DNA of 63,574 nt, filler included, from Folioceros fuciformis (GCA_049999805.1; 22 parts of 22 records of this genome joined end to end with filler, not necessarily neighbours in it); one strand, 5' to 3'; shown: positions 12,178 to 25,023, numbered from the whole stretch's first letter. Numbers and translations: made by a program. Notes: a model not told the origin generated them from the letters alone.

Positions 12178-13958
12178 GGAGGGACAACAGGAAAAGGAGG
12201 GGGGGAAGAGACTGCACCAGGCGGGCTCAAGGATGGGGGAGGATTGCCTCCCGCAGGCCGGGATCCCGCCACGTACTGGATGCTGAAGCGCATTCCGGCA
12301 CTGCAGTCACCGGGCTGCTTGGAGCTGGAGAAGTAGAAGGTTCCGGGCAAGTTCGCGCCCAGGTTATCCTGCCCGGTCTCGAAGGTGCTTCTCGGGTTGC
12401 TGGTGTCGCAGGTGCTGTAGGACACAGCGCTCAGCACAGCCACATTGTGGGTGAGGTTGTTGTAGAAGAACACTGCCACAACCACCCAGCGCCCACAGTC
12501 AGTCACACACTGTAGCATGCCAAAGATCAGGGGGTCAGACAATCGCAAGCCTGATTGCAAACATGCGTATGGAGCTCACCCAAACGATCTGTGTCCTTGT
12601 AGAGCGGAGACACGCTATCTGCCCAATCAATGTAGTAGCTGGGGGAGGACGGGATGGACCATTCCCCGGTATTTCCTCCGACGTAGAAATAGTTCGTGTT
12701 GCTGTCGCTAGAGGGTTCCGGAGAAGGTGGGAGAGCAGGTAAAGGAGGAGGCGGGAGAGCAGGAAAAGGAGGAGGCGGGAGAACAGGAAAAGGAGGCGGA
12801 GAATAGCTGGCAGGAGGCGGGCTCAAGGATGTCGGTGGAGATGGGGGAGGATTGTCTCCCGCAGGCCGGGATCCCGCCACGTACACGATGCTGAAGCGCA
12901 TCCCGGCACTGCAGTCACTAGGCTGCTTGGAGCTCGAGATGTAGAAGATCCCGGGCAATTTCGGAAACAGGACATCTTGCCCGCTGTCGAAGGCCGAATA
13001 AGGGTCGCGAGTGTCGCAGGTGCTGTAGGACTCGGGACCCAGCAGAGCCACATTGTGGGTGACGTTGTCGTAGAAGAACACTACCACAGCCACCAGGTCC
13101 CCACAATCACACAATGCCCAGCTAAAGAACCGGCTCAACAATTGCAAGCCTGATGCAGGACATGGGGATGGAGCTCACCCAACCGATCTGTGTCCACGTA
13201 TAGCGGAGACACGCTAAACGCCCAGTCGGTGTAGTAGCTGGGGGAGGACGGGATGGCCCATATCCCGCTGCCTCCTCCCACGTAGAAGTAGTTCTTGCCG
13301 CTGCTACTAGACGGGGGACCCGGAGGTGCCCCGCCGCTGGAAGGCGGAGGGGGAACAGGCACGGGTATTGGCGGCGGAGGTGTCGTTTCCGGTGGAGGCG
13401 TGGCACTCCCGGACGAGGGCGAAATGGTGATCTTCACCTTGAGCCCGGCCTGACAGTCCCCGGATATGCCGCTGGCGAAGTAGTAGTCTCCGATGCTGTC
13501 GAAGAAGTAGGTGATAGGGGTCGTGCGTGTGTACTGTCCTCCAGGGTCCAATGTGTTGCATACCAGGTACGCCGATCTCCCAATGTTCACCACATTGCTG
13601 GCGGACCCTTTGCTGTCGAAAGCTGCAGCATTTCACCACAGCAGGCACACTCACAATGTCATATTCAAACCTCATCACAATGCACCCTTGATCACCACGC
13701 AAGCCAAGCGCCTGCACACCTTCCCTCTCTGTAATTCCCACCAATGCAGCATGGCCCTGGAGGTCTGGACTTACTGATCAAGTCGGTGGTGTACAAGGTG
13801 TACTTGGCACTCCACCGAGCGAAGTAGAAGGGATCGTTTGCGGGAGGCCGCCTCCATCCGTACTCGTCCCCGACTGAGTAATTGGTAGCAGAGGCGAACG
13901 ATAGGAACACGGCCACGACCAGCACGGCCAGAGCGGCGCTGCTCCTGCACAAAGCCAT
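12178..13958 (-). CDS. Secreted multi-domain phytocyanin/ENODL-like protein with at least 3 plastocyanin-like domains and Pro/Ser-rich linkers, 3' end missing; exons 13958-13775, 13622-13179, 13080-12580, 12472-contig end
   Basis: Signal peptide MALCRSS..FASA, YSVGDEYGW and YFYVGG..W..P...YY.DWA, HNVA...Y.TCD, YF.S....DC.AG(M/L); phase-1 intron at the same place in each domain. Confidence 0.88.
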
Positions 13959-14666
13959 TAATGTTTTGAATCTGTCCTCACCTTCGTCTTAATGCGCAGG
14001 CTCAGGGCAGAGGGGAACCAAGTAAAACATGAGAGCGTAGGCTGGCCTGCTGCAGAGAAGGGAGGACAGTGCAGTCCGAATTGCGCGAAGGAGAAGAAGG
14101 GCCGTGAGGTCTACTGTTGGCAGCAGGAATGGAGGAGTCATTCACAAGATGAGGCTGGCGAAGACGTGAACTACAGTAGCTGGCTGGCACTTCGTAGGAA
14201 GAGCGCGGGAGAAGAGGGTCTGTGGTCCGTTGACCAAATCCACCCTTTCATGTTGTAACGATATCCTTGGGCTACCAGGAGACTCCGTACCTTGCAACTT
14301 GTCGGCCTTACACTTGCATCATTTTACCATACAAAGCTGTAATTGTATCACGCAGCGGCCTCAACCGAGAGAGAGTCCAGCGTGATCTCTGTAGAAAGAG
14401 TTTTCTAGAGAGAAACTGTGAAAAGATGGAACCCCATCTCGGTACTGATCGCCCCACCTGTGCGTTTTGATACGTACTGAATGGCTTGTATGCACCCACT
14501 TGCCAACGGGGACAGCGCAACGGGAGCTGCCCTCAGAGACCCCACTACAATTGCGGAAAGGCCCCAGGGCCCCTCCAGCCTCCGATCGTGAGGACCCGGG
14601 AACGAGGATGGAATCACGGCCATCACTTGATGCCCTGATCAGTGGTGATTGATTCGACGATGACGA

Positions 14667-14744
14667 TCCCTGGGCTACACCGATCCGGAGTACCATGCAA
14701 CTGGCCATCTGACGGACAGAAGGCATGTTTACAGCCTCTGGGCC
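14667..14744 (+). pseudogene. Relic of receptor-like kinase subdomains VIII-IX
   Basis: Translates SLGYTDPEYHATGHLTDRRHVYSLWG, compared with [10 protein letters not shown]...[11 protein letters not shown] in the neighbouring kinase; not in the ORF track. Confidence 0.6.
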
Positions 14745-15831
14745 CCAGTGCAATTGGATTGTTGATCACAGACTCTATTCCAAATGCGGTCAGGCCCCCG
14801 GGTCTCCTCCAGCTTCCGATCGTGAGGATCCGGCACGGAGACGTGGAATTACAGATGGCCATCGCCAGCTTACCCGTTAGCCTGATCGTCCTATTGGCAT
14901 GCAGAATGTTATGTTTCGGGAAAAGGGCTTTCTCAAAACGGGCCATTCAATATCCCTCGAGTTGGACGCGGTCTCCGGCGTTCTAGCAGCCGATTTCCCA
15001 CGGAACGGGATGCCGCCCCGTTGGGATAGCGAATGAATGGCAAGCGAGCGGGAGCGGACGCGACGCACAACTGTATGGCTGTCGCTGCTGTGAAGGGACG
15101 GAAGCTTTTCCCTTCCCTCGCTCTTTCCTCCACACAATTGCGGATCTCCGTTTCAAACGAAGGATGGGATGCGCCAGCTTTCGTCACAAAATGGACTGGC
15201 TACCGGGAGGGACCGGCAGCCAAGGCTCCCTTCTCCAAATTCCCCCCACCTCGAGATTCTCATGTTACTCAGCAGCTGGGTCCTGCAAGAAGTACGTGAC
15301 AGAAGCACTAAGCAACAATGCCATGTATAGTAGCTTCGTTTCCACAAGGTAAATCTGCAGAACTCACAGATACAAGATGGAAAGAGACCGCGCATGTCAC
15401 ATACGGAGTTCTAAAATCTGAACGTACAACAAAGCACTTGTGGAGGTCTTGCAGACGCAAGAATGAAACACAAGCGATGAGAAGCCATTTGCTTCACCGG
15501 GATGAAAAATATCGTGGCCACAACGGGGCACACAAAAGAATCGGTTCAGTCGCAGAATAGATAAAACTGGCAAAGGAGAAAGACCACTAGAGTTACATCC
15601 AGCCAGCGCTACCCTAGGTGAACCGAAGCACTTCATAAGCCTTGCAGACGAGCTCCAGACGCACCACCACCTGCCACGGCGAGGGGAGGGGGGGCCCAGG
15701 AGTATGTCCGGTCTGCACAGCAACTGGGCTACGTTCCCCTTCTTCTCAACCCGGATCACACACTGGTAGCATTTTAGTTTCCACAACCTGATGCAAAAAA
15801 AGGCGATGGAGCGAGGATGGGCGGGCCTCTT

Positions 15832-17922
15832 TTACCTCGGGAACACATTGCTGGTCAAGGGGTCTTTCGACCTGACCGATCTGCCCGAACTGTCTCTTGA
15901 TCTGATGGAGCTTCCAGAGCTGGGGTCTGCCGGGACGTACTGGACCCCGTCGATGATGATGCTGTCATGCGGAGAGGTTGAAGATGTTCTGCTGTCAGGG
16001 TAACCCCTGCTGTCCGAGTAGCCACGGCTGTTGTATGGTGGGTAGTCCTCATCCTCATCCCGCTCCTGCGTGTTGTAGTAGTCTGCTGCAGTCTTTGATG
16101 GGTTTGAGCCCTTCGAAATGCTCTCTAGCATTGCAACTACTTCCTTCATTGAAGGTCTACTTTCCCTCTCTGGTACCAAACAAGCCACCGCAACCTATGG
16201 ACAAAAGGGGAAAGGGACTGTTAGTTATGAAGAATGCTACTTGTGTGTCCCTAACACTATCACACGACGATGAACTGGGAGATGGTGATGGTACCTGAGC
16301 AACTGCTTCCAAAATTCCCAAGACCTGCGGGTTGTTCTCCACCCCTAATTGAGGATCAATGATCTCCTCGACGCGACCCCTCTTGATCAACGGGATCGAC
16401 CTCACAGCCAGATTTGCCTCCCGGGGATTCCTAGAAAGATCCACGGGCTTCTGAGACGTCAACAGCTCGAGGAGGACAACTCCGTAACTATAGACATCTG
16501 TCTTGTCTGTGAGCTGAAAGTTATGGTAGTACTCTGGATCCAAGTAGCCAGGTGTTCCTGCGATCACATCCGAGACATGTACACCTTTAGCACACTAACA
16601 CACACGACTGTCACACAGTTCAGCTTGCAGAAAATGGGCAGAAGCGAGTACCTTTGACAACTGTAGACACGTGGGTTTGGTCCATGGGCACTAGCTTGGA
16701 GAGGCCAAAATCTGCTACCTTTGCACTGAAGTTCTCATCCAAAAGAATATTAGCTGACTTCACATCTCTGTGGAAAATTGGAGGCGATGCTGAGAAGTGC
16801 AGATATTTCAGAGCCTCCGCCGTCTCTATAGCGATTTGAAGACGTCTTTGCCAGTCTGCACACCGAGTCAGACACAAGTCTTAGCCACACAGCTCTTGCC
16901 TCCACAAACGCCAGACGAGATATCTGTACCAATAGAGGGAGGAAAAAAGTTCGGCAGTACCTAGGAGGTTTGAGGTGCTGCGGTCGCCCAGAAGATGATC
17001 GGACAGAGTTCCATTTGAGACGTACTCATACACCAGGAGTGGAACTTCTGTCTCAACACAGTAGCCGATCAACTTGACCAGATTCCTGTGATTTAGTTTG
17101 GATAGAATGGTCACCTCGTTGCTGAATTGAGCAATATCGTGCTTTGTGCCACCTGGTTTGGCCCGCTTGATGGCCACCACAGTCCCATCATCTAAGTATC
17201 CCTTGTACACAGTCCCAAATCCTCCACTGCCAAGTTCCAAATCCCTCGCAAAGTTCCGAGTTGCTCGCTGCAGGTCCTGAAGAGTGAACAATAGGGCGCC
17301 TTCCTTTTGAATGTAATGCGCACCCCCAGCAGGTGGTGGACCAGCCTCAGGATCCCCGGAATAACCCGAGGAGCCTATGCTCCCTGATTGGAGACTAGGA
17401 TACTTGTGGGCGTCACTATAAACTCCTGCTGATGCGAAGTCCTGACCCGGCGGTGGACGAGGGGGATAAATCAAGTCATTCGATGTCTTCTCTGTAGGTC
17501 TCCGGCAATAGCAGCACATCACAACGGCAAGAGTAAAGCCAGCCAGAAGTATCACTCCTACAACCACACCTGCTTACAACATAGAGCACCGTAAGATTGA
17601 TTGCTCGAAGAAAGCAGACACAGACACCAGATGCACAGCACTACCCAAAGAGTTCCAGATCATCTCTTCGCAACAAAAAGAATGGATTACCAGCAATGAC
17701 GGCCGTGTTGCTGGAAGCGGAAGAGGAAGAGGGAGGAGGTGAACCAGTGCTTGCTGGGGATTCAGGAGGAGGTGGGGACCTGGATGAGGTCCTAGGTGGG
17801 GGAGGTGCAAGAGTTGCGGGAGGTGGAGGAGCAGCGGTCACCGGAGGTGGAAGAGTAGCTACGGGTGGAGGTGCAGTAGCCAGTGGTTCGGGCGGTGGTG
17901 AGGCAGGCGGAGGAGCAGGGGG
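15832..17922 (-). CDS. Receptor-like Ser/Thr kinase with Pro-rich ectodomain, TM helix and WAK/WAKL-type kinase domain, 5' end missing; exons contig end-17691, 17569-16961, 16855-16652, 16557-16295, 16194-15832
   Basis: PPP-rich stalk, [95 protein letters not shown], ends FPR-stop. Confidence 0.92.
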
Positions 17923-18022
17923 NNNNNNNNNNNNNNNNNNNNNNNNNNNNNNNNNNNNNNNNNNNNTTAATTAATTAANNNNNNNNNNNNNNNNNNNNNN
18001 NNNNNNNNNNNNNNNNNNNNNN

Positions 18023-19867
18023 GACAACCTCCTTCTTCTGAGGGAAGCTAAGTACAACACCCAGGTACAGAAGAAAGCCGCCGTTTTTATTTCCCTTGAC
18101 TTTTACAAGACCTATGACTCAGTTGAGTGGCACTTCCTGTGATGATGCCTGCATAGTTTCGACTTCGGGAATAACTTCTGCAGATGGATAGCCATTTTGT
18201 GTGAAGATGCAGGTGCCAAGGTGGCTATCAATGGTTCTTTTACGGAGCGTTTCAACATCTCTCGGTCAGTATGTCATGGTTGCCCCCTTGCTCCGTTCTT
18301 ATTTATTATCGTCATTGACTTCTTTCTCAGAGCAGTCAAGCAAGACCCGGCAGTGGTGGGTATTCGGAACCTAGATGGAACACAGTTAAGGGTATCTGCA
18401 TTTGCAGATGATACTCTTCTCTTTTCCTCGGCATAGGAGGCCTCATTGAAAGCACCGCTCCAACAGGTTGAGGTCTTAGGTGAACTTTCGGGCTGCAAGG
18501 TGAATTGGAACAAGACACACATGATGTGTCTTCACATGGAGGGGAGCTCCCTCAGTGTATTAACCACATCAAGCGAGTGACCCAGGGTTCTACTCACAAG
18601 TATTTGGGGCTCCCTTTCCAAGAAGGGGATGAGAAAGGGGAGATAGGGAAGTACGTATGTCTCAGGTTCATTCGCAAAGCGGCTGGTCTACAATTGTTGG
18701 AGCTCAATCTGGCAGGTAGGCTGGTGGTGATCAACCATATCCTTACTGCAACTTTTTGGTACTATCTATTTTTGTGGGCCCCTTCTAAGTCAGAGGTGAA
18801 GCACTTACAACAGGTGCTGACTTCTTTCCTGTGGAAGCGTTCGGGGGATAGTATGGCAGGGTGTTCTAAAGTGTCTTGGCAGCATATTATTCAAGCACGT
18901 GGAATAGGGGGTCTCGGGGTGGGTTACCCGGTCGCCAAGATGAAAGTTTCGCATGCTCAGTGGGTTGTCAGGGCGGCTGATCCAGCATACTATCCTTGGA
19001 AGAGTCTTCTAACACAGCATTTGGAGTGCACCCAAGCTGTCCCCGGGGGAAGGAGATCTATAGACAACATTCTGGCTGACAAACCGCTACTTGATACTAC
19101 AGAATGCTCCCCACTTTTTAAGTCCATATGGAGCAGTTACTTGGAGGTCAAACATTATATTCTTCCGGGCAACTTCTCCCATGTGGATGATGTTCTTGGT
19201 ATCCCTCTGCAGGGTTTCTCGAGGTTATGGGTACAGGATTTTAGGTCAAGGGTATATCAGTCACAAATTTTCGGGTTGGCTTGTCGGAAAGGCGTTATTT
19301 AGCTCGGCCAATTATGGAATAGATCAGAGTCCCACTAGAAGGAGGTAGAGGAGGTCAAAGGGGATTTTGGCTTAGGGGCCCGGCACATCAGGTTCATTTT
19401 TTCGTGGTTGCCCGAGGGATTAGAGGAAAAGGTGCAACAGCTCTTAAGGCAGCAACCTACCATAGGAGAGGAAGGGTGGTACACTTATTCCATGGATAGT
19501 AGGGGAATCAATTCAAAGGAGGAGGATGATCATGGCGAAGCATTAAATCTAGATAGTGTGGTCTGGATTGGGAGAGCTGATGGCAAAGAGATGTTGAAGT
19601 CGTTCAAGGTCGTGTCTCCTGATGGTTCTCTGGAAGTTCAGGGTAGGGACGATGGGGAAGGTCGAGGGGGAGAGCTGCGGGCTATCACTGTCCTCTTTAA
19701 ATCCGTTCGGGCAGGGCGATGGTGCACGTCAGGCGAACGCCCAATTGGGCTACGAACCTCCGATAAAGCAAAGGTTCAGTGCTGGTTCCGACTAGGTGAA
19801 AATTGGGCTTTGACATTCAGACCAGATCTTTATAGGTGGCCCAAGCGTCCGGGGTGCAAGAAGGATA
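18023..19867 (+). mobile_element. Degenerate L1 LINE ORF2 (reverse transcriptase and downstream region)
   Basis: SLDFYKTYDSVEW, GCPLAPFLF, AFADD, KYLGLPF, GRLVVINHIL, KVSWQHI...GGLG; several in-frame stops. Confidence 0.9.
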
Positions 19868-20070
19868 NNNNNNNNNNNNNNNNNNNNNNNNNNNNNNNNN
19901 NNNNNNNNNNNTTAATTAATTAANNNNNNNNNNNNNNNNNNNNNNNNNNNNNNNNNNNNNNNNNNNNCTACCATTGGTGCCGAAGAAGCTGCTTGACTTG
20001 CATGTGTTGTTGTTCTAAAACCACATTGGCCAATGCTCTTTGCAAAGTAATCGGTACGCGTTGTTGAAAG

Positions 20071-20164
20071 AAGGCCAATACAAGGCTATCATAGAAGGCC
20101 AACACAAGGCTATCATAGAAGGCCAACACAAGGCAATCATAGAAGGCCAACACAAGGCTGTCAT
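20071..20164 (+). repeat. 24-bp tandem repeat, about 4 copies
   Basis: AAGGCCAAYACAAGGCTATCATAG repeated; the minus strand reads LAFYDSLV repeats. Confidence 0.9.
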
Positions 20165-21348
20165 ATTAGAGAGAGATTAGGTGCCATAGATACCTTACGC
20201 TTTATACATTTGGCTTTGAAGATTTGCTCTCCTTCTTCCAATTGCTTTTAAAATGATGTAGACAAAGTTATTTTCCTTTTTTAAATAGAGTCTTGGCTTC
20301 GTTAATCAAATCCTTAACGAAGGCATAGCGCCTGCAAAGCGAGGGTGCGTAACCGAAAGTCGTGAGAACGTGGCGTCCCCAGGAAAGGCCTTTACTTTAG
20401 TAAGCCCGAATGGAAACAGAGATATGTATCTCGGTACAGTGTCCACATGTAGTGGCACATTCACGATTCACGAATCACGCGATACTAGGTAGTCTCTCTC
20501 TCACGTTTCCTCGGACAAATCAGGTTCTCCCCGACTCTTCTCCTCTCCTCTGCTTTGTACCTGCCACCTGCCACCTTCCTTTTTCGTCTCGTGCAACAGT
20601 AGGCCTGCTCAATTTCGCCAGGCCTGGTGTGTGCTACCGGGTTTGCATTCTGCTCCCAAATTCTCTGGGTTTCGATATCTTCCATCTTGGTCCTTCTACT
20701 GCCAAGCGAAGCCGAGTTGTTGGATTGTGTAAACATCTCCTTCTCCTGTCCTCGGTCCACCCTACCCGCACCCAGAGCAGCCCAATTGCACCCACCGTTG
20801 CGTCAAAAGCTGGTTCTGCTGAGACTTCATGGCCAGCTTTCCGGTGAGCTTACAACACCACGCATGCTCATTGCGAATTGCCTGACAATTGTGTTTCAAG
20901 CTTCCCTCCCTCTGAGCTGCTATCAGTTTCAACTGTGCTGGCCTCAATTGGCGCTTTTGGGCCAATGAGGTGATGAGTTCTATTCGGTCTCGGTTTTGCA
21001 GCTTCGCTGATGCTATGCTGCGTTTAGCACTTGATTTGTCGACACATCATAGGGAAGGAAGGAGGTCTGGCTTTTGTGACTGGAGAGTGACGCCTGAAGC
21101 TCAGAACCGGGGATCTAGGTCGCTGCCTTCGGTCGCTTGTTGACAGAGCTAGCGTTGCATGGCCTGCGGATCGGTGCACCTGCCTTTGCCGTTCAGGCTT
21201 ACTTGACAGCTATGCGGGAAACTGCAACAATTTGGTCTCCAACGTCAAAGGCGAAGTCTGGAACGACGTTGGACTTGTACGGCTGGGTCCTGACTGAGGA
21301 ATTGGAGCAGCACCAACTGTGGTGATAGATCCTGCTGCTGCTGCTGCT

Positions 21349-23226
21349 ATGAGGACTCAGCCCATGGAAGCTGCTGGTAGGGGATCGCGGTGGGTCATTG
21401 CGGATCAGAATGTCGGTTGTGGTATCGCCAAGCGTTTTCATGTGACTCTGCAGCCATTAGCACTGTCAACCCTTGGGCTAGATGGTAGGTGGAGAAACAG
21501 TCTACACGCGACGGTTAGGATGGAGCCTGTACATATGGATTGTTGTGGGATGGCAAGGTTTATCATTTCTCAGAAGAAAGTCAAAGGGAGACAGGTAGAC
21601 TCACCTGGAACCAAGCGGCTGAATTACTATCCCACTGATGGTGGTGGTGTGCTTCACTTGACGAGCACTTCAGTGGCGACTCCCCACTCAAACATATTTG
21701 TGGAGATCGATGATGATGACTCTGATGATGAGCTGAATGTGTATAGAGGTCTTGTTCTTGACGTGTCGTACAGGTACCAAGAGACATTCTAGTAGCGTGT
21801 CGTTGCAAACGGCGAAACCTGTGCGAAATTCTTCATGCTTGTTATGTTTGCAGGCCTGTGAATGTCGTGTGCTGGAAGCGAGCCCTCTGCTTGGAGATTC
21901 TGGAAAAGGTTAGTCAGCATGCACGACCATAAACCATTGGACTTTGTTGTCAACAAATGCTGCAAGGTTATGCAGCCTTCTGTCTGGTATGAAAATACAG
22001 TCCCTGTCAGAATGCTGAGGATAGTTGAAAGCTTGCTAACTTGCAGGCGGATGTGCTGGAGTACTACGATCAAGCAGTCATGTCAACCACCAGAGCTTTC
22101 CCCATTCCAGCAGTTTTAAGGGTAATTATAGCGGGGGCTCAAAAAGGAATGCCGAGAACAATGCCTTCCATCTTTCAGCATAACGTTTAACTACGTCGTT
22201 CATGTGTAGCTGAAAATTGGAGTTGTAGGCAGGTTCATATCTCATCACGCAGGTTCACCATCTGGGCTATCTGTTCTGCAGGTGAACAGTTTCATACATT
22301 CGCCAAAACACAAGAAGGTGAAACTGGCGCTCAACCGCAATAACATTTTTCTGAGGGACAAATTCAGATGCCAGTGAGTGCATGTCCTCCCACCCTGTGA
22401 GATGGTTCAACGTATGATCAGGCCTAGCTCACTCTTGAGGTCAGGCCCACACCGGGACCGTAGCATGATGTGCTTTTTACAGTATGTAGCCTTTGTGGCC
22501 CTTGGACAGATACTGCAACGCCCGGGATGCCTTGACTGTCGATCACGTACAAGCCGTTTCTCGAGGGGGTCCTTGGACCTGGGAAAACTTAGTAAGCCCT
22601 CCGTCAAATCTCTCTGCCTTGTGACAATAATAGGTGTATGCGTTGGACAACCGGTCTTCTCCTAGTAATTCTGATCGGATCGCCTGAGATGACATTGCGT
22701 GGGTGCTGCTGAATGTCTCCTGGTAGCGGATAGAGCTCGCTCACAGGTGAGAAGTTAGTTGGTGTTGAGAAGAGTGGCCGAGTTATCCGTGTCTCTCAGC
22801 CTTCTTCCCGTATTTGTGATCGACTCGACAATCCTCTGCCGAGCCGATCGGTGGTAGTGGTTTGATGTCTTCTTATGCGAGACATTGGAATGATAGCATT
22901 CGGAAAGATTGTGCATCTGTCGTGTTGCAGGTTACCGCTTGCTCTTCCTGCAACGTGAGGAAGGGGGATAAAACTTTGGAGGAGGCGCACATGAAACTTC
23001 TGAGACCACCTAGGGTAACGCGTTTTGCAAAGGGCTGGCTAGGGAGCAGTAGTAGGGCATGCGTCAGGGAGGTAACGCCTATCCAATGCATGTTGTGCAG
23101 GAGCCACAAGAACTGGACAGCATAGATGTTCCTCCAAACTACAAGACGTTCAGGAGTCTATCAACTCACGCCAGGACTCCTGTGCAGTGGCTGGACTACT
23201 TGCCACGGCGGCCGCCACAGTTCTAG
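21349..23226 (+). CDS. Plant HNH endonuclease family protein; exons approx 21349-21773, 21854-21908, 22047-22121, 22282-22373, 22510-22591, 22931-23014, 23101-23226 (start codon uncertain)
   Basis: GLVLDVSYR/PVNVVCWKRALCLE, ADVLEYYDQ..F.IPAVLR, LNRNNIFLRDKFRCQYC, LTVDHV..VSRGG.WTWENLVTAC..CN..KG.KT.EEA.MKL, QWLDYLP. Confidence 0.9.
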
Positions 23227-23683
23227 GCAAGCTTGGAGGTCTCTCTTACCCTTCTGTGTGATTCATTGCACAGTTCTGTACATAGGCAACAGGCCTTGTG
23301 ACTAGTAGGGTATGAATTCGATATTTGTAAGCGTGATTTTCTTTTTATCTTCTGTCTCATTTCGACAAGAAGCTTGTGTGTATCATATATGAGAAAAAGA
23401 GATAATGAAATACTTATGTTGTGAATAATAAGAGGAAATGCGAGATTAGCATGTAGGAAAAGGGACAAGGGGAAAAACAGATTGATTTTTCTTTTGGGTA
23501 TCTGGAGAATGTATCTCCTTCTTCCACCTTGCAAATGTTATTGACACGGCAGCATCGTGCAGGCATATGCTCGTTGAATAACACAAGAGGACGAAGTGTG
23601 GCGGGAGCGGGCCAGCGAGAAGTTGACAACCGCCCGGGCGTTACAGTACGCTCTTGGCCGTTGTAATAACCAAGGAAAAGCCG

Positions 23684-24923
23684 TTAAGAAACATTCCAGG
23701 TAGCCCAGCCATCGAGATCCCTGGAGGAAGTCCAGTACCAATCCTTCTCCCGAACGCCATAGAAGGAGCAGACAGTAGGACATCCGGGTTGCTGAAGGAT
23801 CGGCTTCTCTTCGTTGTCCATGCAGTCAGGATTCTCATTCCTGGTGTACACGGACAAGTTCCGTGCAGCTCCCCACCGACACATTTGCTTGGCCTTGGGC
23901 TTCTCCACCAGATGTGCATCCGCCAGGAGACTATGGTACTTGACCAACACCACCGCGAATGCCAGCATCCGGCCTTCTGCGGTACAGATCCATCCTACCT
24001 CCTCCCGTGCGTTCCTCACCATTTGCTGCATCTCTGTGTCATGTTGCTGCATGTACTCAACCGCTTGTACCAGGTCCTGCAGGCTGTGGAAAGGACATCA
24101 GCAGTGGTGAGATATACACGTGTGTGGCGAGGTCAGGGCAGGGGAAACTGACTGACACGAGCCTGACTCTACTCACCTGTGCTTCACTTCCACGAAATGG
24201 CGACCCCGTTTGAGCAGCGGGTCGAAGAATTGGAAGAAGGGGGAGCTCTGGCGGACGGCAACCCTGTCGCTGGCCAGGACCCCACACAATCGGGTAGTGC
24301 CCAGACCTCCGTCGATGACAAGCTCGTACTTGAAGGCGTTCTTCTGCGTGAAGTTGAGGCGAGGAGCAATGACGATTGAGTCGCGCTTCATGTGGGCCAC
24401 GCTGCCGGGAGTGGTGTGGCTCCATCTCGAAATGCGGGCATCCAGAAGGTCCGGGAAAGCGTCGGTCATTCTGTGAAGCTTCACCCGCGCGCTACTGCCC
24501 CAATTGCCGAATTTCAAGTCGAAGTTGGTAGTGGCGCCCCTGAACACCAGCTTGGACATTTTGTCCTGCCATGTTCTGTTCCTGGAGCTCGCGAGCTCCG
24601 TCTCCGTGGGCATGTAAGAGTCCCCCAAGTCAAGGAAGTCCGGCACCAGCACATCTGTATTGGCGTCAGTCATATGGTTGCTCAGAATGAGGTAATTGGC
24701 CCTGTTGGAAATCCAGGTGCTGGTGGAGAACATTGTTCGGATCCCCATCGGGTGGTCACAGGTGTTGAAGAAGAATTCCACACTCAATCCTTTCAGATCA
24801 TACTTGTCCACAGTGAGCTGCAGGAAGACGATGAAGTCGTTGGCCCGGCTGAGCCGCCACCGCAGGCTCACCACCTGCCCGTACCTGAAGTAGACAACTC
24901 CATCCACCACGCGCACATGCAAG
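23684..24923 (-). CDS. Glycosyltransferase family 90 (CAP10-like) protein, 5' end missing; exons contig end-24176 and 24083-23684
   Basis: VEFFFNTCDHP, VLVPDF, WQDKMSKLVFRGATT, FKYELVIDG, FFQFFDPLLKRGRHFVEV..SLQDLVQAVEY...MVRNA. Confidence 0.85.
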
Positions 24924-25023
24924 NNNNNNNNNNNNNNNNNNNNNNNNNNNNNNNNNNNNNNNNNNNNTTAATTAATTAANNNNNNNNNNNNNNNNNNNNN
25001 NNNNNNNNNNNNNNNNNNNNNNN

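Noticed and set aside
15397-15786. Extra kinase exon
   Set aside because: The kinase already ends FPR-stop at 15832 and this peptide has no recognisable features; an alternative splice cannot be fully excluded.
21060-21325. Conserved upstream ORF or extra exon of the HNH gene
   Set aside because: No recognisable homology and no clear in-frame splice; needs transcripts.
24392-24923. Long + strand ORF, and similar shadow ORFs such as 46268-46819 and 52224-53081
   Set aside because: Antisense shadows of real coding sequence on the opposite strand.
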